Origin: an uncultured Spirochaetota bacterium
GTDB lineage: Bacteria; Spirochaetota; Brevinematia; Brevinematales; JAOACQ01
Direction: 5' to 3'
Assembly (NCBI GenBank): GCA_963783575.1
Contig: CAWAOD010000009.1
Span: 288,001 to 352,000, forward strand
Length of the DNA stretch: 64,000 nt
Below, piece by piece: positions 61,318 to 64,000 of this stretch. The stretch's first letter is position 1; the number at the start of each line of letters is the position of its first letter. The position numbers and the translations under genes were made by a program. Below the pieces are notes generated by a model. That model was given only the letters and a program-made list of their open reading frames with translations. It ran no database searches and was not told where the DNA came from.

Positions 61318-61512
61318 TTATTCTTCTTTCACTACTTTTGTAATAATTTGTTTCTCTTTGTAAAAACCGCAGCTCATGCAGACCCTGTGAGGAAGCTTTT
61401 TAGCTCCACAATTTGGACAAACTGATAAAGCCGGGGCTTCCATATTATAATATCCGTTTGATTTTCTCATCCTGCTTTTGGTTTTCGCTGTTTTATGTTT
61501 CGGTACCGGCAT
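61318..61512 (-). CDS. rpmF: 50S ribosomal protein L32
   Basis: MPVPK.K, CPNCG...PHRVC..CG.Y motifs. Confidence 0.96.
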   Translation of the reverse strand: MPVPKHKTAKTKSRMRKSNGYYNMEAPALSVCPNCGAKKLPHRVCMSCGFYKEKQIITKVVKEE

Positions 61513-61545
61513 TATTTACTCCTTAAATAAAATTAACGCTATTAT

Positions 61546-61574
61546 ATTTTATAAGGCAAAGAACCAATTGTCAA
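61546..61574 (-). promoter_or_regulatory. Sigma70-type promoter of the rpmF-plsX-fab operon
   Basis: Minus-strand TTGACA-17 bp-TAAAAT. Confidence 0.55.
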
Positions 61575-61705
61575 AATTTGGAAGAAAAGCGCTTTATTCA
61601 TTGTACAAAAAAAGGTATAAAAAAAGAAGATTGCTCCCGGAAAACTTTTTCTATTTATTTTCAAAATCAAACTCATCGCCATAAAGTTCTATTGTTTCAC
61701 TGTTG

Positions 61706-62380
61706 TCAAGAAGAACTCTCATAGTATAACGATGGGACATAGGATCGAGCAGAATACCCATGCCTTCCTTTATAATTTGCGACCCAATACCGTCCTGTTC
61801 CATTACATATCACTCTTTTTATTTCGTTCCCCGGCTCAAGGATATTTTCGATCATTTTTGAAACTAATTCTCCTTTTGTTCTTTTAATCAGCATTGTGTA
61901 TAATTCTACAATTATTGTAATTAAATTAATTATTGCAAAAACCAGGCACAAAATATATAAAATTGAATAAGTACCTTGAACAATTAAAACTATAAACAAA
62001 ATAAAAGCTATAAAATAAATCGATGCAGAAAGGGTTCTTGTTATAATTACCGTTAATGGCTTAATTATTTTCACGCCTGAAAGAACCGGAACTTTTTTCT
62101 CAAAAACAAGATGCACTGAATCTTTTTTACTATCAGAATTTTTCTTAATTATTAAATAATATATATTTATAAATGCTCTTATTAAGGAATAGAAGAAAAC
62201 GAATAATATGCAAATCCTATAAATATACCCCGGTAATTCTTTCCATTTAAATATATTCGGTATTGTAGAAAAAACTACAATAATGCAGTAAATAATGTCC
62301 AAAAAGAATAATTTTTCTATAAAACTTAATTTCAATAGAAATTCCTTTAGTATGATTTTAATGTCAATAATGTATAGCAA
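61706..62380 (-). CDS. Membrane hypothetical protein
   Basis: AT-rich ORF with four hydrophobic segments; no family recognised. Confidence 0.4.
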   Translation of the reverse strand: MLYIIDIKIILKEFLLKLSFIEKLFFLDIIYCIIVVFSTIPNIFKWKELPGYIYRICILFVFFYSLIRAFINIYYLIIKKNSDSKKDSVHLVFEKKVPVLSGVKIIKPLTVIITRTLSASIYFIAFILFIVLIVQGTYSILYILCLVFAIINLITIIVELYTMLIKRTKGELVSKMIENILEPGNEIKRVICNGTGRYWVANYKGRHGYSARSYVPSLYYESSS

Positions 62381-62591
62381 AGTGATTAAAATATCAAATA
62401 AATCATTTCATTATAAAATAGCACTATTTTAATAACCACAATATTAATAAAAATCTATTATTAGACAAATTGCCCTTCAGTTATTATAATCAGATCCTAA
62501 TCTGAGTGATTATTGCAAAGTTAAAGCTTGAAGTGAGTTTGTCGAACTGTTAAAAGTACCACTTAATAAGGTGTATATTACGGGGATCTTT

Positions 62592-64000
62592 ATGAACTCT
62601 CTTTTAAGAATTCAAATAAAATATATTATTTTAATCATCCTTATGATAATTCAGTGGTTCCACGGTTATCTATATTCCGACAGTCCCTTCGGCGGTCTCT
62701 ATGATCCGGGAAGAAAAATGTCGATCATATCTACTAAATATTTTGACATAATATTCTCAAAAGAATCCGAAGGCACCGCTGTTTACCTTGCCGGCATATC
62801 GGACAGTATTTACGAACGTCTTAATGGATTGCTGGTATCGAAGCACAAAGAAAAAATAACGGTAGTTATCACTTCGGATGTGCAGACTGAGAACGGCTTA
62901 ACCACACTTCTGCCTTATACTGAAATTATCCTGCTGGATTATCATATCGATACTGCTTGGGCCAATGAAAAAGAATACTTTAAGGATGTTTTTACCCATG
63001 AACTGACTCATGCAATTTCGCTCAATATCAGAAGTGGCGAGTTTGAGAAACTTTCGGGGATTTTTGGCAATTATATGGCTCCAAACCTTACAATGCCCGA
63101 ATTTATGATCGAAGGTGTCGCTGTGAGTTTTGAGAGTCTCGAAGGAAACGGCCGGGTTAATGAGCCCGCGGTTCAGGAGCAGATTAAGCAGGACATCATT
63201 GAGAACCGCTTTAAAAACCTCTCCCAGGCAAGCGGTCCCTATGACCTTTACCCATTTGGTAATGTTTATTATTATTATGGAGGACTCTTTAATCATTACA
63301 TTCAGGATAAATACGGTATAACCAATTATAATGAACTCTGGATCCGGAACGGCGGAGATTTTCCATATACCTTCCCGGCAGTTTTTAAATATATATACGG
63401 CAGCTCGCTGTTTAGTGAATGGAATCTGTTCAGGGATTATCTCAGGCCTTTTTATTACATTTTTAATAATACAAACATTTTGTTTCCTGCGTCTTCGCAA
63501 GTTAAATTATCCATAAGAACTCCCGGGTTGTCAAAAAACAGGATATATTTCTGTGATGACTTTGACCATGATATAAAATATTTTGATCCGGATAATAAAA
63601 ATTACGGAGAGATACTCGATTTTCCCGGAGATGTATCAGTATCTGAAGACGGGAAATTCCTTCTGATTACAGCGAATACGGCCAGGGACGGAGTAATAAA
63701 AAATTTCACAAGAATATATGATATCGAAGAAAGAAAGTTTGTAGAAAATTCATACAAATATAAAATAGTTGGTTCTGTCGATATGAATCCGATAGGAGAC
63801 GCATGTTTTTTTGAAACCGGCGATGAAAATGAAAAATATATTGTTGCCATCAGAGCAAACGGACATAAGTCCGATCTGGTATTGATTAAAGCGGACGGAA
63901 GCAAGCCTGAAACACTTTTATACGGCAATGAATCAGTATCATACAGAACCCCGGTTCAATTGAACGGCAATGAAATCACATATATAATTTCAGACAATGG
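62592..64000 (+). CDS. Large secreted protein with HExxH metallopeptidase-like domain; runs off the window and is not in the ORF track
   Basis: Open from ATG 62592 to the end; signal-like N-terminus; TKYFDIIF, HELTH, PEFMIEGVAVSFES..GR.N and YYYYGG motifs. Confidence 0.75.
   Translation, partial: MNSLLRIQIKYIILIILMIIQWFHGYLYSDSPFGGLYDPGRKMSIISTKYFDIIFSKESEGTAVYLAGISDSIYERLNGLLVSKHKEKITVVITSDVQTENGLTTLLPYTEIILLDYHIDTAWANEKEYFKDVFTHELTHAISLNIRSGEFEKLSGIFGNYMAPNLTMPEFMIEGVAVSFESLEGNGRVNEPAVQEQIKQDIIENRFKNLSQASGPYDLYPFGNVYYYYGGLFNHYIQDKYGITNYNELWIRNGGDFPYTFPAVFKYIYGSSLFSEWNLFRDYLRPFYYIFNNTNILFPASSQVKLSIRTPGLSKNRIYFCDDFDHDIKYFDPDNKNYGEILDFPGDVSVSEDGKFLLITANTARDGVIKNFTRIYDIEERKFVENSYKYKIVGSVDMNPIGDACFFETGDENEKYIVAIRANGHKSDLVLIKADGSKPETLLYGNESVSYRTPVQLNGNEITYIISDN

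Noticed and set aside
62898..63928. Minus-strand ORFs of 200 aa and 108 aa, and similar short overlapping ORFs elsewhere
   Set aside because: Antisense or alternate-frame shadows of longer genes with recognisable motifs.
1..64000. tRNA, rRNA or known riboswitch
   Set aside because: None recognised by eye; tRNAscan-SE and Rfam scans would be needed to exclude them.

Overview
AT-rich bacterial chromosomal window. It is most likely from a spirochaete, inferred from a FlaA flagellar-sheath protein plus lpxD. Left part: accessory genes (MFS exporter, SDR, rlmF) and an arsenic-resistance cluster (arsR, Cys-GPx, P5CR-like oxidoreductase, acr3, small thioredoxin, arsP, arsC) that also carries a soluble homologue of the corrinoid protein MtrA. 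Middle: GGDEF, SNF2 ATPase, GH13, a GT2 synthase/GH50-like/GH26 cluster, PilZ, HD protein, two MATEs, an ABC-2 exporter, trpF, a class B PBP, Maf/DUF115 and flaA. Right: TonB-dependent receptor, rsmA, lpxD and gmk-yicC-rnc-fabF-fabG-fabH-fabH'-plsX-rpmF, with fabD and acpP absent. A dispersed three-hairpin repeat family with covarying stems and a 23-25 nt variable linker occurs at four loci, and both IS1182-family elements sit in the loop of the same hairpin of this repeat. Five single-base frameshifts and one in-frame TAG interrupt otherwise intact genes, so residual assembly errors are likely. All calls come from motif recognition by eye; no database searches were run.
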